64,000 bases of DNA, from positions 1 to 64,000 of the forward strand of contig JACPJC010000003.1 of the NCBI GenBank assembly GCA_016187745.1, read 5' to 3'. A program made the translations under genes and the position numbers. The notes beneath the pieces are model-generated. The model saw nothing but the letters and a program-made list of their open reading frames with translations, was not told where the DNA came from and made no database searches. Position 1 is the stretch's first letter; every line of letters begins with the position of its first letter. Source of the DNA: Candidatus Iainarchaeum sp. GTDB lineage: Archaea; Iainarchaeota; Iainarchaeia; Iainarchaeales; JAXPJC01. This document shows positions 46,558-56,965 of this stretch, in pieces.

Positions 46558-47530
46558 TGCTTTCACTCAGACCAAGTTTTACGGGCTCTGTTGAAAAGAG
46601 GAGCGCGCCTATGAGCGCGGAGAACCAGTAGCCCGCGAAAAGATAGAGGAGCGAATAGGCGATTGCCATTTCCGGAGCAATAGAATAAAAGCCGAAAAGG
46701 AAAATGAATGCCGCATCCCTTGTGCCTATTCCGGAAATGCTTATCGGAAGCAGGTCAAGCAGCGCTGCTATCGGAACCAGCAAAAACAGGAATATAATCG
46801 GGATTTGGGCATGAAGGTTCAGCGCAATAATTAACATATATGCGAAAACAATCGCAAGAAGCCAGTCGAAAACCGCAATTGCAACCGCCTTGGAAATATG
46901 AATTTTTCCTTTTTTTATCGCATGCGCGAAGGAATCGTAAAAATCATGGAAGCTTGTTTTTAGCTTTTCCTTGTGCTCCATCGGCACAAACATGTTGTAG
47001 AAGGGCCTTGCAATCCTGCCAATGAAATTCCTCCTGAGGAAAAGGAATACAGCTGCAATGAATGCCAGGACAATGAGCGCAAGATAGTGCAAAGGGATTA
47101 CAACAATGTCAAACAGCAGCGCAAAGCCGGCTATTGCAAGCAGGCCCAGCACAAACAGCAGGCTCACATCAATCAGCCTGTCAATAAAAACTGTTGAGAG
47201 CGCCTTTCCCAGGGATTTTGTGTTTTTTTGGAGATAGAACGCGCGGGCAAAATCCCCAATGCGCGCAGGCGTAAAAACAGAAATGAAATAGCCTATGAAA
47301 AACACTTTAATGCATTTAAGCAGTGGAAAATCGGAATCATGCGCCCTTATCACCTGCTGCCACTTAACGCCTTTCATAATCCCCGTAACCAGCGCAATTC
47401 CGAGCGCGGCTGCAAAGAACGCGGGATTTGCATTTGCAAGGATTCCCAGCAGCTTGCTGATGTTGATATTGAGCAGTATGAATGCGAAAAGCGCAATCCC
47501 TATAAGAACGAGAAGCTTCTTTTTCGCCAT
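46550..47530 (-). CDS. UPF0104/lysylphosphatidylglycerol-synthase-TM-like protein (putative flippase)
   Basis: KW, TPARIGDFAR, DRLID, LPISISGIGTRD. Confidence 0.88.
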   Translation of the reverse strand: MAKKKLLVLIGIALFAFILLNINISKLLGILANANPAFFAAALGIALVTGIMKGVKWQQVIRAHDSDFPLLKCIKVFFIGYFISVFTPARIGDFARAFYLQKNTKSLGKALSTVFIDRLIDVSLLFVLGLLAIAGFALLFDIVVIPLHYLALIVLAFIAAVFLFLRRNFIGRIARPFYNMFVPMEHKEKLKTSFHDFYDSFAHAIKKGKIHISKAVAIAVFDWLLAIVFAYMLIIALNLHAQIPIIFLFLLVPIAALLDLLPISISGIGTRDAAFIFLFGFYSIAPEMAIAYSLLYLFAGYWFSALIGALLFSTEPVKLGLSESNE

Positions 47531-47571
47531 TATGCTATAACAGTGCCGCATAATTTAAATAATGCTTCCAG

Positions 47572-47587
47572 TTTGAGCATTGTACTA
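47572..47587 (-). promoter_or_regulatory. Conserved upstream motif TAGTACAA-NN-CTCAAA
   Basis: Exact match, in the divergent promoter region. Confidence 0.6.
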
Positions 47588-47636
47588 TTTGTGATAAATT
47601 TATATGCAGATTAATGGAATAATCTTTGAGATTGCA

Positions 47637-48932
47637 ATGAAGATTGTGGAAAAAGCCTGGGGCTCGGAGCAGTGGATTGCAAACAACAGCAAGTACTGCG
47701 GGAAAATCCTTAACCTGAAGCAGGGCTTCCGGTGCAGCAAGCACCTGCACAAGGAGAAGGACGAAACCTTCTATCTGCTTGAAGGGAAAGTTGCGCTTGA
47801 GCTCGGCAATAAGACAATACTGCTGAAGCCGGGCGATTCCGCGCATGTGCTGCAAAACACCCTGCACAGCTTTGCCGGCCTTGAGGACAGCAGGATAATT
47901 GAATTTTCAACAACGCATTCCGATTCAGATTCCTACAGGAAAACCAGAAGCGGGGCAATCCCCTTAAATCCGCTTCTTGCGGAAATGGGGCGGAAGAAAA
48001 TTCTTGTTGTTGGGGATGTGATGCTTGATGAGTTTGTTATTGGAAATGTTGAGCGCATGTCACCCGAAGCGCCTGTTCCTGTAATTAATGTAAAAGAAAC
48101 AAAGCATGCGCTTGGCGGGGCCGCAAACACTGCAAACAATATTTCTGCATTGGGCGCAAAGGCAGTTGTTGCGGGAATGATAGGAAACGATGCGGAAGGG
48201 AAATTGCTCCGCAGGCTGCTTGCAAATGCAGGGATTGATTCCTCAGGATTGATTGTTGCTGAAAGAAAAACAACTAAAAAGAGCAGGCTGCTGGCAGGGG
48301 CGCAGCAGATTGCAAGGATTGACTCTGAAGAAACAGGCGGAATAGGCGGCGCTGAAGAGAAAAAATTAATTAACTTAATAAATAAGAAAATTGCCGGGAT
48401 TGATGCTGTTGTTGTGTGCGATTACAGCAAGGGCGTTGTAACAAAGAATGTTGCGGATTTCCTTTCAGGAATTTGCAAAAGGCACGGCAAGCCCCTGCTT
48501 GTCGATTCAAAGAACTTCATGTCCCTTAAATTCGGGGGCGCTTTTGTGCTGAAGCCGAATGAAAAGGAGCTTGCAAATGAAACTGCAATGAAAATAGATT
48601 CGGAAAGAGCATTTGAGAACGCCGCGAGGAAATTCTATTCCGCGCTGAAGCCGGAATTCCTCATAGTGACGCGCGGGGCAAAGGGAATTTCAGTTTTTGA
48701 TGGGAAGAAATTCAGCAGCATGGGCACAAGGGCCGAAAAAATAGTTGATATCACAGGCGCAGGGGACACTGTAATTGCAGCGCTTGCGCTCGGCGCCGCA
48801 TGCGGCCTTGATGTATTTAGTGCAGTGGAACTGGCAAATTATGCGGCAGGCATAGTGATAAAAAAGCCCGGCACTTCCGTTGCAAGCCCCGAAGAGCTTA
48901 ACAATTTCTTCATGGAAGGGAATTGCAGATGA
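47637..48932 (+). CDS. Cupin domain fused to heptose-7-phosphate kinase (RfaE/HldE domain I, PfkB family)
   Basis: KAWGSE...SKHLHKEKDETF...HSF cupin; GDVMLD, PEAPVP, GGAAN, DYSKG, DITGAGDT kinase motifs. Confidence 0.85.
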   Translation: MKIVEKAWGSEQWIANNSKYCGKILNLKQGFRCSKHLHKEKDETFYLLEGKVALELGNKTILLKPGDSAHVLQNTLHSFAGLEDSRIIEFSTTHSDSDSYRKTRSGAIPLNPLLAEMGRKKILVVGDVMLDEFVIGNVERMSPEAPVPVINVKETKHALGGAANTANNISALGAKAVVAGMIGNDAEGKLLRRLLANAGIDSSGLIVAERKTTKKSRLLAGAQQIARIDSEETGGIGGAEEKKLINLINKKIAGIDAVVVCDYSKGVVTKNVADFLSGICKRHGKPLLVDSKNFMSLKFGGAFVLKPNEKELANETAMKIDSERAFENAARKFYSALKPEFLIVTRGAKGISVFDGKKFSSMGTRAEKIVDITGAGDTVIAALALGAACGLDVFSAVELANYAAGIVIKKPGTSVASPEELNNFFMEGNCR

Positions 48933-49453
48933 ACTGCGCGGTATTCCTTGACAGGGACGGAACAATAAATCACGATTACGGGTATGTGCACGAGATAAAA
49001 AAATTCAGATTTCTCCCAAATGCAATAGATGCGCTGAAGAAATTATCGAAAAGCAGATACAGAATAATCATAACAACAAACCAGTCCGGAATAGGAAGGG
49101 GGTATTTCCCTGAGGCGGATTTCATGAGGCTGAGCAAACACATGGCTGATTCACTTAAAAAACAAAATGCGGGGATTGATGCGATTTACTATTGTCCGCA
49201 TTCACCAAAGGAGAACTGCGCATGCAGGAAGCCGAAAACAGCAATGCTTCTTGCAGCAAAGAAGGATTTCAACATAGCACTAAATAAGAGTTTTGTTATA
49301 GGTGATAAATCGGAAGACATTGAGATGGGCAAAAAGGCGGGATGCAGGACAATACTCATAACAACCGAGAGAAGGGAAAAAAATTCAAATGCGGACTTTA
49401 ATGCAAAGGATCTGCTTGAAGCGGCAAAATGCATTCTTGATGGGAAAGCATGA
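48929..49453 (+). CDS. gmhB: D,D-heptose 1,7-bisphosphate phosphatase (HAD)
   Basis: FLDRDGTIN, TNQSGIGRG, CPH...CACRKP, IGDKSED. Confidence 0.9.
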   Translation: MNCAVFLDRDGTINHDYGYVHEIKKFRFLPNAIDALKKLSKSRYRIIITTNQSGIGRGYFPEADFMRLSKHMADSLKKQNAGIDAIYYCPHSPKENCACRKPKTAMLLAAKKDFNIALNKSFVIGDKSEDIEMGKKAGCRTILITTERREKNSNADFNAKDLLEAAKCILDGKA

Positions 49454-49932
49454 ACGGCAAAATAAAAACAATTGAAGAAATTGCGCAGATTGCAGATGCG
49501 CTCAAAAGGCAGGGCAAAAGAATTGTATTTACAAACGGCTGCTTTGATTTGCTGCACTTGGGGCATGTGAAATATCTGCAGCAGTCCAGGGCGCTCGGGG
49601 ATGTGCTGATTCTTGCGCTGAACAGCGATGAGAGTGTGAGGCAGCTTAAAGGGCCTTCGCGCCCGCTTGTTCCCGAAAATGAGCGCGCAGAAATTCTTTC
49701 CGCGCTTGAATGCGTGGATTATGTTGTAATATTCAATGAAAAGCGAATCAACAGGGCATTTGAGGCTGTGAAGCCCCAGATTTATGTGAAGGGCGGGGAT
49801 TACACGATTGACACGCTGGACCAGGACGAAAGGAGAATGATTGAAAAAAGCGGGGCAAAGATCCACATAATCAGGAAAATCGGGAATTACTCAACAACAA
49901 ACATCATAAATAAAATTTCAGGAAGCGCATAA
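49450..49932 (+). CDS. rfaE2: Heptose-1-phosphate nucleotidyltransferase (RfaE domain II)
   Basis: FTNGCFDLLHLGH, NSDESV..LKG..RP, VKGGDY, STT. Confidence 0.9.
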   Translation: MNGKIKTIEEIAQIADALKRQGKRIVFTNGCFDLLHLGHVKYLQQSRALGDVLILALNSDESVRQLKGPSRPLVPENERAEILSALECVDYVVIFNEKRINRAFEAVKPQIYVKGGDYTIDTLDQDERRMIEKSGAKIHIIRKIGNYSTTNIINKISGSA

Positions 49933-49933
49933 A

Positions 49934-50851
49934 ATGAAGGCTGTTGTTACAGGCGGAGCGGGCTTTATTGGGAGCAATCTTGCGCTTGAGCTGGAGGCGC
50001 AGGGGCATGAAGTGGTTGTAATTGACAATCTGTTCTCGGGGAATATGGCAAACCTTGAGGGATTTTCAGGGGACTTTGTCAATGCGGATATAAGGGAAAT
50101 CAACTGGAATGAAATTGCGGGGGATGCGGATGCAATATTCCACAATGCCGCAATAACCGACACAACAATCCCTGACAAGGAGCTTATGATGGATGTGAAC
50201 GCGCATTCATTTGAAAAGCTGCTTGAATTTGCAATTAAAAAAAATATAAAAGTGATTTATGCAAGCTCCGCTGCCACTTATGGAAGCGGGAAAATGCCTA
50301 TGGAAGAGTCGCAAAAGCCCGCTCCGCTGATTGATTACGGGGCTTCAAAGGTTGAAATGGATAATATTGCGAAAAAATATATTGCAAAATATCCGGATGC
50401 GGAAATAATAGGGCTGCGCTATTTCAATGTTTTTGGGCCAAGGGAAAAATTCAAGGGAAAATCCTCAAGCCTTACTTACCAGTGGATAATTAAAATGCAG
50501 GATCCCGAGGCAAAAACAATAAAGATGTTCAAATTCGGGGAGCATGCGCGGGACCATATCTATGTGAAGGATATTGTAAGCGCGAACCTAAAGGCGCTTG
50601 AATTCAATGGAAGCGATATATTCAATGTTGGAACAGGGATTGGAACCTCATACAACAGGATACTTGAAATTCTCAACGGGCAAATGGGCAAAAACTGCAG
50701 GCCTGAATACATTGATTGCTTCCTGAAAACATACCAGGGATTCACGCAGGCCGATACAACAAAGGCAGAAAAGGAACTGAAATTCAGGGCGCAGTGGAAT
50801 ATTGAAAGGGGAATTGGGGATTATATTGAATTTCTGGGAAAAGAATACTAA
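49934..50851 (+). CDS. hldD: ADP-L-glycero-D-manno-heptose 6-epimerase
   Basis: TGGAGFIGS, FHNAAITDTT, YASSAATYG, YGASK, LRYFNVFGPRE..KG, RDHIYVKD; operon context. Confidence 0.82.
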   Translation: MKAVVTGGAGFIGSNLALELEAQGHEVVVIDNLFSGNMANLEGFSGDFVNADIREINWNEIAGDADAIFHNAAITDTTIPDKELMMDVNAHSFEKLLEFAIKKNIKVIYASSAATYGSGKMPMEESQKPAPLIDYGASKVEMDNIAKKYIAKYPDAEIIGLRYFNVFGPREKFKGKSSSLTYQWIIKMQDPEAKTIKMFKFGEHARDHIYVKDIVSANLKALEFNGSDIFNVGTGIGTSYNRILEILNGQMGKNCRPEYIDCFLKTYQGFTQADTTKAEKELKFRAQWNIERGIGDYIEFLGKEY

Positions 50852-51030
50852 TTCCTCTTCTTTAATTTTCTCCCATGCTTGAGAATTATATCGCCTTCAC
50901 TTGCCACTACAGAGCTAAAGTCTGTGCGCTTTCCTGCATCCTGGATATCTGAGAAAAAGAATTTCTCAATCCCTCTCATAGTTGGCTTTTTATTTCTAGG
51001 CCAAATCTTTCGCAATGTTAATCTTTTCAT
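50848..51030 (-). CDS. Small basic hypothetical protein
   Basis: 60-aa ORF 10 nt downstream of the GT9 gene, filling the gap. Confidence 0.4.
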   Translation of the reverse strand: MKRLTLRKIWPRNKKPTMRGIEKFFFSDIQDAGKRTDFSSVVASEGDIILKHGRKLKKRN

Positions 51031-51040
51031 AATCGTTGCC

Positions 51041-52264
51041 TCATTTCAGCGCCTTCTGCACTTCATTATAAACCTCTTGCACGCTAATCGCCTGCATGCA
51101 CTTGTTGTTGTTGCATGCGCTGTGCCTTTCATTGAATGCGGAAACGCACGGGGCGCAGGCATAATTTGCATAAACCGCCTTGACATTATCCCCGAGCGGA
51201 GCATATACCTTTGGGCTTTCAGGCCCGAACATCACAATTACTTTTGTGCCAGTGATTGAAGCAAAATGGGCAGGCCCTGAGTCATGAGTTATTACAACAT
51301 CTGCTGTGCCCAGAACTTCAATGAACTCATCAAGGGTGAATTTGCCTGTAAGGTCAATGCATTTATCGCTTTTCAGATTATCGCATATTTTTTTCGCATT
51401 CTCGCCACCTGAAGCAATCGTTCCTGTAAGCAGAACAAAAGTATTTGGGGCGCGGAGCAGCATTTTCGCGAGCTTCGCATAATTCCCGGCGGGCCAGGAG
51501 CGCATTGGAATCGCCCAGCTGTAATTAGGGTCAATGACAATCAATTTGCTCCTTTCATTTATTGAGGGGTTTATTGCCTTCAATTTGTTAAGAACTTTCT
51601 GCTTTGCCTCCCTGCTTACCTCAATGTGCTTTCTTTCTATTTTTTCTCTGAAGAGCTGCGCCTTCAGCATTGGAATCTCATTTTGCGGGGCTTTCAGCGA
51701 AAGCGCAAGCGCAAGGAAATTCTGGCTTATGTGCATGTGCGGGTTGTACTGGACCTTGTGCGTGTGGAAATTTCCCCTGTAAAGCCCTTCTGAATAAAAC
51801 CTGTAAAAACCGATTCTGCGCCTTGCGCCTGAAAGGAAGCTTATAATTGCTGTGAAGCGGGAGAACAGTTCAAAATCAATTGTAGTGTCAATGCGCGCAT
51901 TCCATAATTTAGGGAGCAGGGCAAGCGCATCAATAATGAATTCCCCGAATTTCTTGTCCCTTATTGTGAATATGTTTTTTTCCGGAATCAGGCCGAGGAT
52001 TTTGACGCTCTCAACATTGGTTTTGAACACTAGGAAATAGAGTTCGGCTTTCGGATACAACGCTTTAAGGCGCTTCATTGCGTGATACGCCATAACTGTG
52101 CTGCCCATCTCAGAAAGCTCAATGAAAAGCACTTTCTTCGGGGCTTCATTCCAGTCAAGCTTTCCGAAGCCAAGTGCGCGCTTTATGGAACAGATGATTG
52201 AAAGAATTAGGCATATCGGAATTCCCGCCAAATAATCAACATCCCTTACAACCTGGATATTCAT
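51041..52264 (-). CDS. Glycosyltransferase family 9 (heptosyltransferase-like)
   Basis: SEMGS, RSWP..NY, DLTGK, THDSGPAHFA, MFGP, CAPC...C...CM. Confidence 0.88.
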   Translation of the reverse strand: MNIQVVRDVDYLAGIPICLILSIICSIKRALGFGKLDWNEAPKKVLFIELSEMGSTVMAYHAMKRLKALYPKAELYFLVFKTNVESVKILGLIPEKNIFTIRDKKFGEFIIDALALLPKLWNARIDTTIDFELFSRFTAIISFLSGARRRIGFYRFYSEGLYRGNFHTHKVQYNPHMHISQNFLALALSLKAPQNEIPMLKAQLFREKIERKHIEVSREAKQKVLNKLKAINPSINERSKLIVIDPNYSWAIPMRSWPAGNYAKLAKMLLRAPNTFVLLTGTIASGGENAKKICDNLKSDKCIDLTGKFTLDEFIEVLGTADVVITHDSGPAHFASITGTKVIVMFGPESPKVYAPLGDNVKAVYANYACAPCVSAFNERHSACNNNKCMQAISVQEVYNEVQKALK

Positions 52265-52313
52265 TTTGTTTGCTCCGCATTAGTAGAATGCATATTTAGT
52301 TATTAAAACTATT

Positions 52314-53684
52314 TCAATTCCCCTGCAGCAATCCGAGGGCATCCGCAATATTGTTTTTCAGCTCCGCGAAACTCCTTATGCCTAAAATGCGCCCCGCGAT
52401 GTAGCTAGGGCGCAGGTAGAATTCCCTCACTGCGCGCTTTCTGAGCTCCGCAAGCCTTTCTGCTGGAATCTGCTTTGTTGAAATTTCCACAAAGCTCCCT
52501 GTTTGGTCAAGGGGAAGCAATTCATCGGCAATAAGATGCCCCGCAATCTCCTCTTTTCTCAATTGCGTTGCGGCCCTTGGCACAGGCACATTGAATGCTG
52601 CATAATCCGGGTTAAGGCGCTTTGAGAATTCAATTGTGCTGAGAACTGATTGCTCAGTTTCCTCGGGGAAGCCGAGCATGAAGGTTGCAAGCGTTTTTAT
52701 TCCCAGTTTCCTGCAGAGCGCGAATGTTTCTTCTACCTGTGCAATTGTAAATCCCTTATCGTATTTGCGCAGGATTTCCTCGTTTGAGGATTCCACCCCG
52801 AACATAATCGTGTGGCAGCCTGCATTTTTCATAAGGGTAAGGATTTCTTCATCCATCAGGTCCACGCGGGAGAAGCAGGACCATTTCATTTGCAAGTCAT
52901 TTGAAAGCATTGCATTGCACAAATCAATTGTTCTCTTCCTGTTTACGCCGAATGTCTGGTCATCAAAGTAAATCTCATTAATTCCGAGGCTTTTGATGTA
53001 TTTTAATTCTGCCATTACATTTTCTGCGCTTCTGAACTTGAAGCCAAGGCTGGACATAATGCAGAATCTGCAGCGGAAGGGGCAGCCATAATCCGTAAGC
53101 ACTGTTGCAAATTTCCCATAAGCAAAAGGGAATCGGTATTTGTGCAATGGGAACAGCTCGTGCTTGGGAATTGGAATTGCAAAGTTGGCGAGTTTTATGC
53201 GCGACGCATTTGTTTTTATTATCCTGCTGCCTGTGCGGTAAATTATGTTCTGCGCATTCTTGCCTTCCAAATATGCAAGTATATCGGGGGTTGTGAAATC
53301 AAGCAGAACTGCATCAATGAATTTGTATTTTTCAATTATTTTCTCCCCGTTCTCCATGAAAATGTCAGCGCTTCCAATGAGCCTTGCGTTTGTGAGCTGC
53401 TTCACTTTTTCCATAAACGGGAAATCCTCCTGGAAGGAAACCGCCCCGCTCAGGAAAACAATCGCATCAGGCCTGAACTGAAGGATGCGCGCAATGCACT
53501 GCTCTTCAGAAAGCTTTTCAGCAATCGCATCAATAACTGCAACCCTGTGCTTTTCCGAAAGAATTCCTGAAAGTATCAGAAGGTCTGGAGGTTCGTAAAT
53601 GTAATTGGTTTTCGAGACCTTGCTGCAGTAGTAGTCCCTTATGTAAATTTTTGTTCCGGGCGGATTCAATAAAAGTATGCGCAT
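52314..53684 (-). CDS. Cobalamin-dependent radical SAM protein
   Basis: YGCPFRCRFC, FDDQTF, GVESS, GFPEET; divergent B12 domain. Confidence 0.88.
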   Translation of the reverse strand: MRILLLNPPGTKIYIRDYYCSKVSKTNYIYEPPDLLILSGILSEKHRVAVIDAIAEKLSEEQCIARILQFRPDAIVFLSGAVSFQEDFPFMEKVKQLTNARLIGSADIFMENGEKIIEKYKFIDAVLLDFTTPDILAYLEGKNAQNIIYRTGSRIIKTNASRIKLANFAIPIPKHELFPLHKYRFPFAYGKFATVLTDYGCPFRCRFCIMSSLGFKFRSAENVMAELKYIKSLGINEIYFDDQTFGVNRKRTIDLCNAMLSNDLQMKWSCFSRVDLMDEEILTLMKNAGCHTIMFGVESSNEEILRKYDKGFTIAQVEETFALCRKLGIKTLATFMLGFPEETEQSVLSTIEFSKRLNPDYAAFNVPVPRAATQLRKEEIAGHLIADELLPLDQTGSFVEISTKQIPAERLAELRKRAVREFYLRPSYIAGRILGIRSFAELKNNIADALGLLQGN

Positions 53685-53685
53685 T

Positions 53686-55176
53686 TTACTCCCATCCGAA
53701 ATATGTTCTGGTTATGAAGTTCATAAGCTTTGTGTCAATCTTGTTGGAGAAATCGTGATTTTCCCAGCGCTTCCTGTAATGCGAGCCGAATTTTTTGAGA
53801 AGCGAGCGCGGCATGTGCAATGAGCTCAGCATCCCTTCCAGGCGCTTCCCATCTACGAGCTTGCTTGTATACATAATATTCTTTATCACATCAAGCTTGT
53901 CCTGTATCCACGGGGTCTGGAGATGCTGCCTGCTGTAAATTGCCCAGCCTTCAAGAGTATTGGGCACAGAAAAGCCATTTGCAACCGCAAAATCAAAAAG
54001 CTCTGTTCCGGGATATGGGGCAAAAACATAGAAGCCAGAGAGCTCCGCATTCGGATTTTCCCTAATAAGCTTAAGCGCAAGGTCAGTGCTTTCCGCCAGC
54101 TCATGATTTGTTTCCGTGGGAAAGCCCATCATGAAATTGTATACTGAAACAATGTTTGTTTTTGCCAGTTTTTTATTCACTTTCAGGATTTCGGAAACGC
54201 TCTCGTCCTTCTTTATCAGCTGCAGAATTCTCTCAGAGCCGGATTCAATCCCCGGCTGCACAACGCTGAGGCCATAGCGCTCCATTTTCTGCAGGTCAAC
54301 CCTTCCAAGCGCATCCATGCGCGCCTGTATGCTGAAATTGAATTTGTTGTTTATCAGTTCCGCGATTTTTTCCGCCCTTGTGGGATTTGCAAAGAAATTC
54401 TCATCATGGAAAATTACGGCATCCAAATCAAATTGCTCCACCATTTCATTTACAAGGGCATAAGAGCGCTCTGCGCTCATGCAGCGCCATCTCCTCAGCG
54501 AAAGGCGCGGGTTGCAGCAGAATGTGCAGCGGTAGGGGCAGCCGCGGCTTGTAATGAAGGGGAGCGCCTTTTCAGTTCCCTTCCCCACCATGGACTTTGT
54601 GTGGATGTAATTCTCAATGTCAACCAGATCATAGGGGAGCGCGGGAAGCTTGTCAAGGTCCGCAAATCCTGCGGATTTTGTTCTTACCTGCCTTTCTTCT
54701 TTCCCTTTTTTCTGCTTGAAAATTATGTTATTTGTCTTTTTCAGCAGTTCATTTTTTCTTTTTTCATTCGGCTTTTCTAATGCGCCCATCAAATCCTTAA
54801 TTATGATTTCCCCTTCGCCGATTGCAACAACATCAATCAGCTCATTCTGCAGCGTCTGCTCTGGAAGAAGAGTTGCATGGATTCCGCCCCACACTGTCGG
54901 AACTTGCGCATCCGCATTTTTCACAACCCTGCAGGCATCCAGCCCGAATTTTATCTGCGTTCCTGTCATTGAGGAAATTCCAACCGCAACAGGCTCTTTC
55001 CGAAGCTCCTGCCTCAAATGCTTTTCCCATTCGGAATCAACCCTCATGTCAATTATTTTAGTTTCCCTTTTCCCAGAAACCATTGAAGCGACTGAAAGGG
55101 AAGCGAGTGGCATATCCACGCTCACATTCTTTATGTCGTATCCCGTCCTCGGATAAACCATTACCAATTCCGCCAT
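53686..55176 (-). CDS. Cobalamin-dependent radical SAM protein
   Basis: WGGIHAT, GEGE, SRGCPYRCTFC, GIESG, PYPGT. Confidence 0.92.
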   Translation of the reverse strand: MAELVMVYPRTGYDIKNVSVDMPLASLSVASMVSGKRETKIIDMRVDSEWEKHLRQELRKEPVAVGISSMTGTQIKFGLDACRVVKNADAQVPTVWGGIHATLLPEQTLQNELIDVVAIGEGEIIIKDLMGALEKPNEKRKNELLKKTNNIIFKQKKGKEERQVRTKSAGFADLDKLPALPYDLVDIENYIHTKSMVGKGTEKALPFITSRGCPYRCTFCCNPRLSLRRWRCMSAERSYALVNEMVEQFDLDAVIFHDENFFANPTRAEKIAELINNKFNFSIQARMDALGRVDLQKMERYGLSVVQPGIESGSERILQLIKKDESVSEILKVNKKLAKTNIVSVYNFMMGFPTETNHELAESTDLALKLIRENPNAELSGFYVFAPYPGTELFDFAVANGFSVPNTLEGWAIYSRQHLQTPWIQDKLDVIKNIMYTSKLVDGKRLEGMLSSLHMPRSLLKKFGSHYRKRWENHDFSNKIDTKLMNFITRTYFGWE

Positions 55177-55213
55177 ATAAGACACCTACGGTTTCTTATT
55201 AATTTCCCATCCC

Positions 55214-56645
55214 TTATGAAGTGAATCCCAGCAAAAACCTCGCGCCCTTCGCATAGCGCATCAGGTCCCTGAAGGATTTTATTTTTGCAAATCTCCCAAG
55301 GACATATGCCGGGCGCAGATAAAACTCCCTGAAGAATTTCTTTTCAAGCGCAAGAATTTCCTCCTTGTTTTTATATCCTTTCGGAATGAAAACCGCATCC
55401 CAGCCATGGAACTTGTCAAAATCCTTTGTGAGCTTCCCGTATTTTTTCGCATCATTGTAGAGGGCGGTTCCAGGATATGGAGTAGTGATGCAGAACTGCA
55501 CATAATCAGGGTTCAGTTCCTTTGCAAACTCAAGCGTCTGCTCCGCAAGTTCGGGAGTTTCCCCCGGAAGCGCAATCATGAATGAGGCGCGGATTTCAAT
55601 TCCCGCCTCTTTTGTCCATTTTGAGGCATTCCTTATCTGCTGCAAGGTAATGCGCTTTCCTATGTTGTCAAGCAGCTGCTGGTTGCCGGATTCAAATCCA
55701 TAGAAAATATTCCAGCAGCCCGCGCGCTTCATTAATTTCAGCAGTGGCAGATCAACAGTATCAACCCTTGCGTAGCATGTCCAGGTTATGTCAATCTTGT
55801 TTTCAATCAGCAGACTGCAGAATTTTTCCATCCATTTCCTGTTGGCAGTGAGCATGTCATCCCAGAAGGAGATTTCCTTCGCGCCATATTTCTCCTGCAG
55901 ATGCCTTATTTCTTCCAGCACCTTCTCCGGGCTTCTCGCCCTGATAGCACGGCCAAAAACAGCATTGTTGCTGCAGAATGTGCAGTTGTATGGGCATCCG
56001 CGAATTGCAAGCATATGCACCACCGGAAGCCTCAAATACTGGTTGGGGAGGGGGATATACTTGCGCATCGGAAGGAGGTGCCTTGCCGGGAACGGAAGCT
56101 CATCAAGGTTCTGCACGGGTTCCTGCGGGGCATTCATAATTATCTTTTTGCCATTCCTGAAAACAATTCCCCTTATTTTTGCAAGCGTTCTGTAATCCTT
56201 GAGGAATTTTTCTGTGCTGTAATGCGCCTCCCTGAATTTCTGCATTATTTCCGCAAAAGTGATTTCACCCTCCCCGTAAACAAGGATGTCAAAGCACCTG
56301 TGCCTGCGCATTATTTCCTCAGGCATTATTTATTATGAGCTTTTCGGGAAATTTCTTTTTCAGTTTCTCCGCGGTTATTGCAGCGCGGTGAAACATGCTT
56401 GTAAGCGCGGAAAATCCAATTGCCTTCGGGTTGTCCTGCGTGATTTTCTCAATTATTTCCTTATCGGTAAGCTCGTCCGCAAGCGCGTCAATTATGTCCA
56501 CTTTGTACTTCTTCCCAATCAGATATGCGGCAAGGCTTGCAAGCCCCAGCGGGGGCAAATGCCCCTCGTGCCCCCTGCCGATATTGCGCGAGCCATAGCG
56601 CTCTGAAACGGAAAGCGGGGGGAATATGAATTCTACATCCAGCAT
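55214..56645 (-). pseudogene. Cobalamin-dependent radical SAM gene split by a frameshifting deletion (ORFs 56319-56645 and 55214-56326)
   Basis: Upstream ORF is the first part of the B12 domain (PPLGLASL); downstream ORF has GEGE and RGCPYNCTFC; the GGxH motif is missing at the junction. Confidence 0.75.
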
Positions 56646-56785
56646 TATAGGAATATATTGCGGGAATGTTTTAATATCTGCTGTGTGCGCTTTCTTTCTA
56701 AGTTTGTACTATTTATATCTTCTATATTACCCTCACAAATATATCTATATATCCTTTTGATAACTAGTTAATAGGTGATTTGAAA

Positions 56786-56965
56786 ATGAGCGAGGATTTG
56801 GTAAAGGCAGTGAGTGAAATTGAAGATTGGTTAGCTACAAGAAAAATGGAAAAAATAAGTGGGGAAATAAAATTGGGAAAGAGAAGGTTATTCACAGAGC
56901 AGCAGATTATGAGGAAGTATAACCTATCAGGAAGCCCAGTACAAAAAACAATAAGTATTATTTAA
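56786..56965 (+). CDS. Small hypothetical protein, antitoxin-like
   Basis: AGGTGA ribosome-binding site; AT-rich context. Confidence 0.45.
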   Translation: MSEDLVKAVSEIEDWLATRKMEKISGEIKLGKRRLFTEQQIMRKYNLSGSPVQKTISII

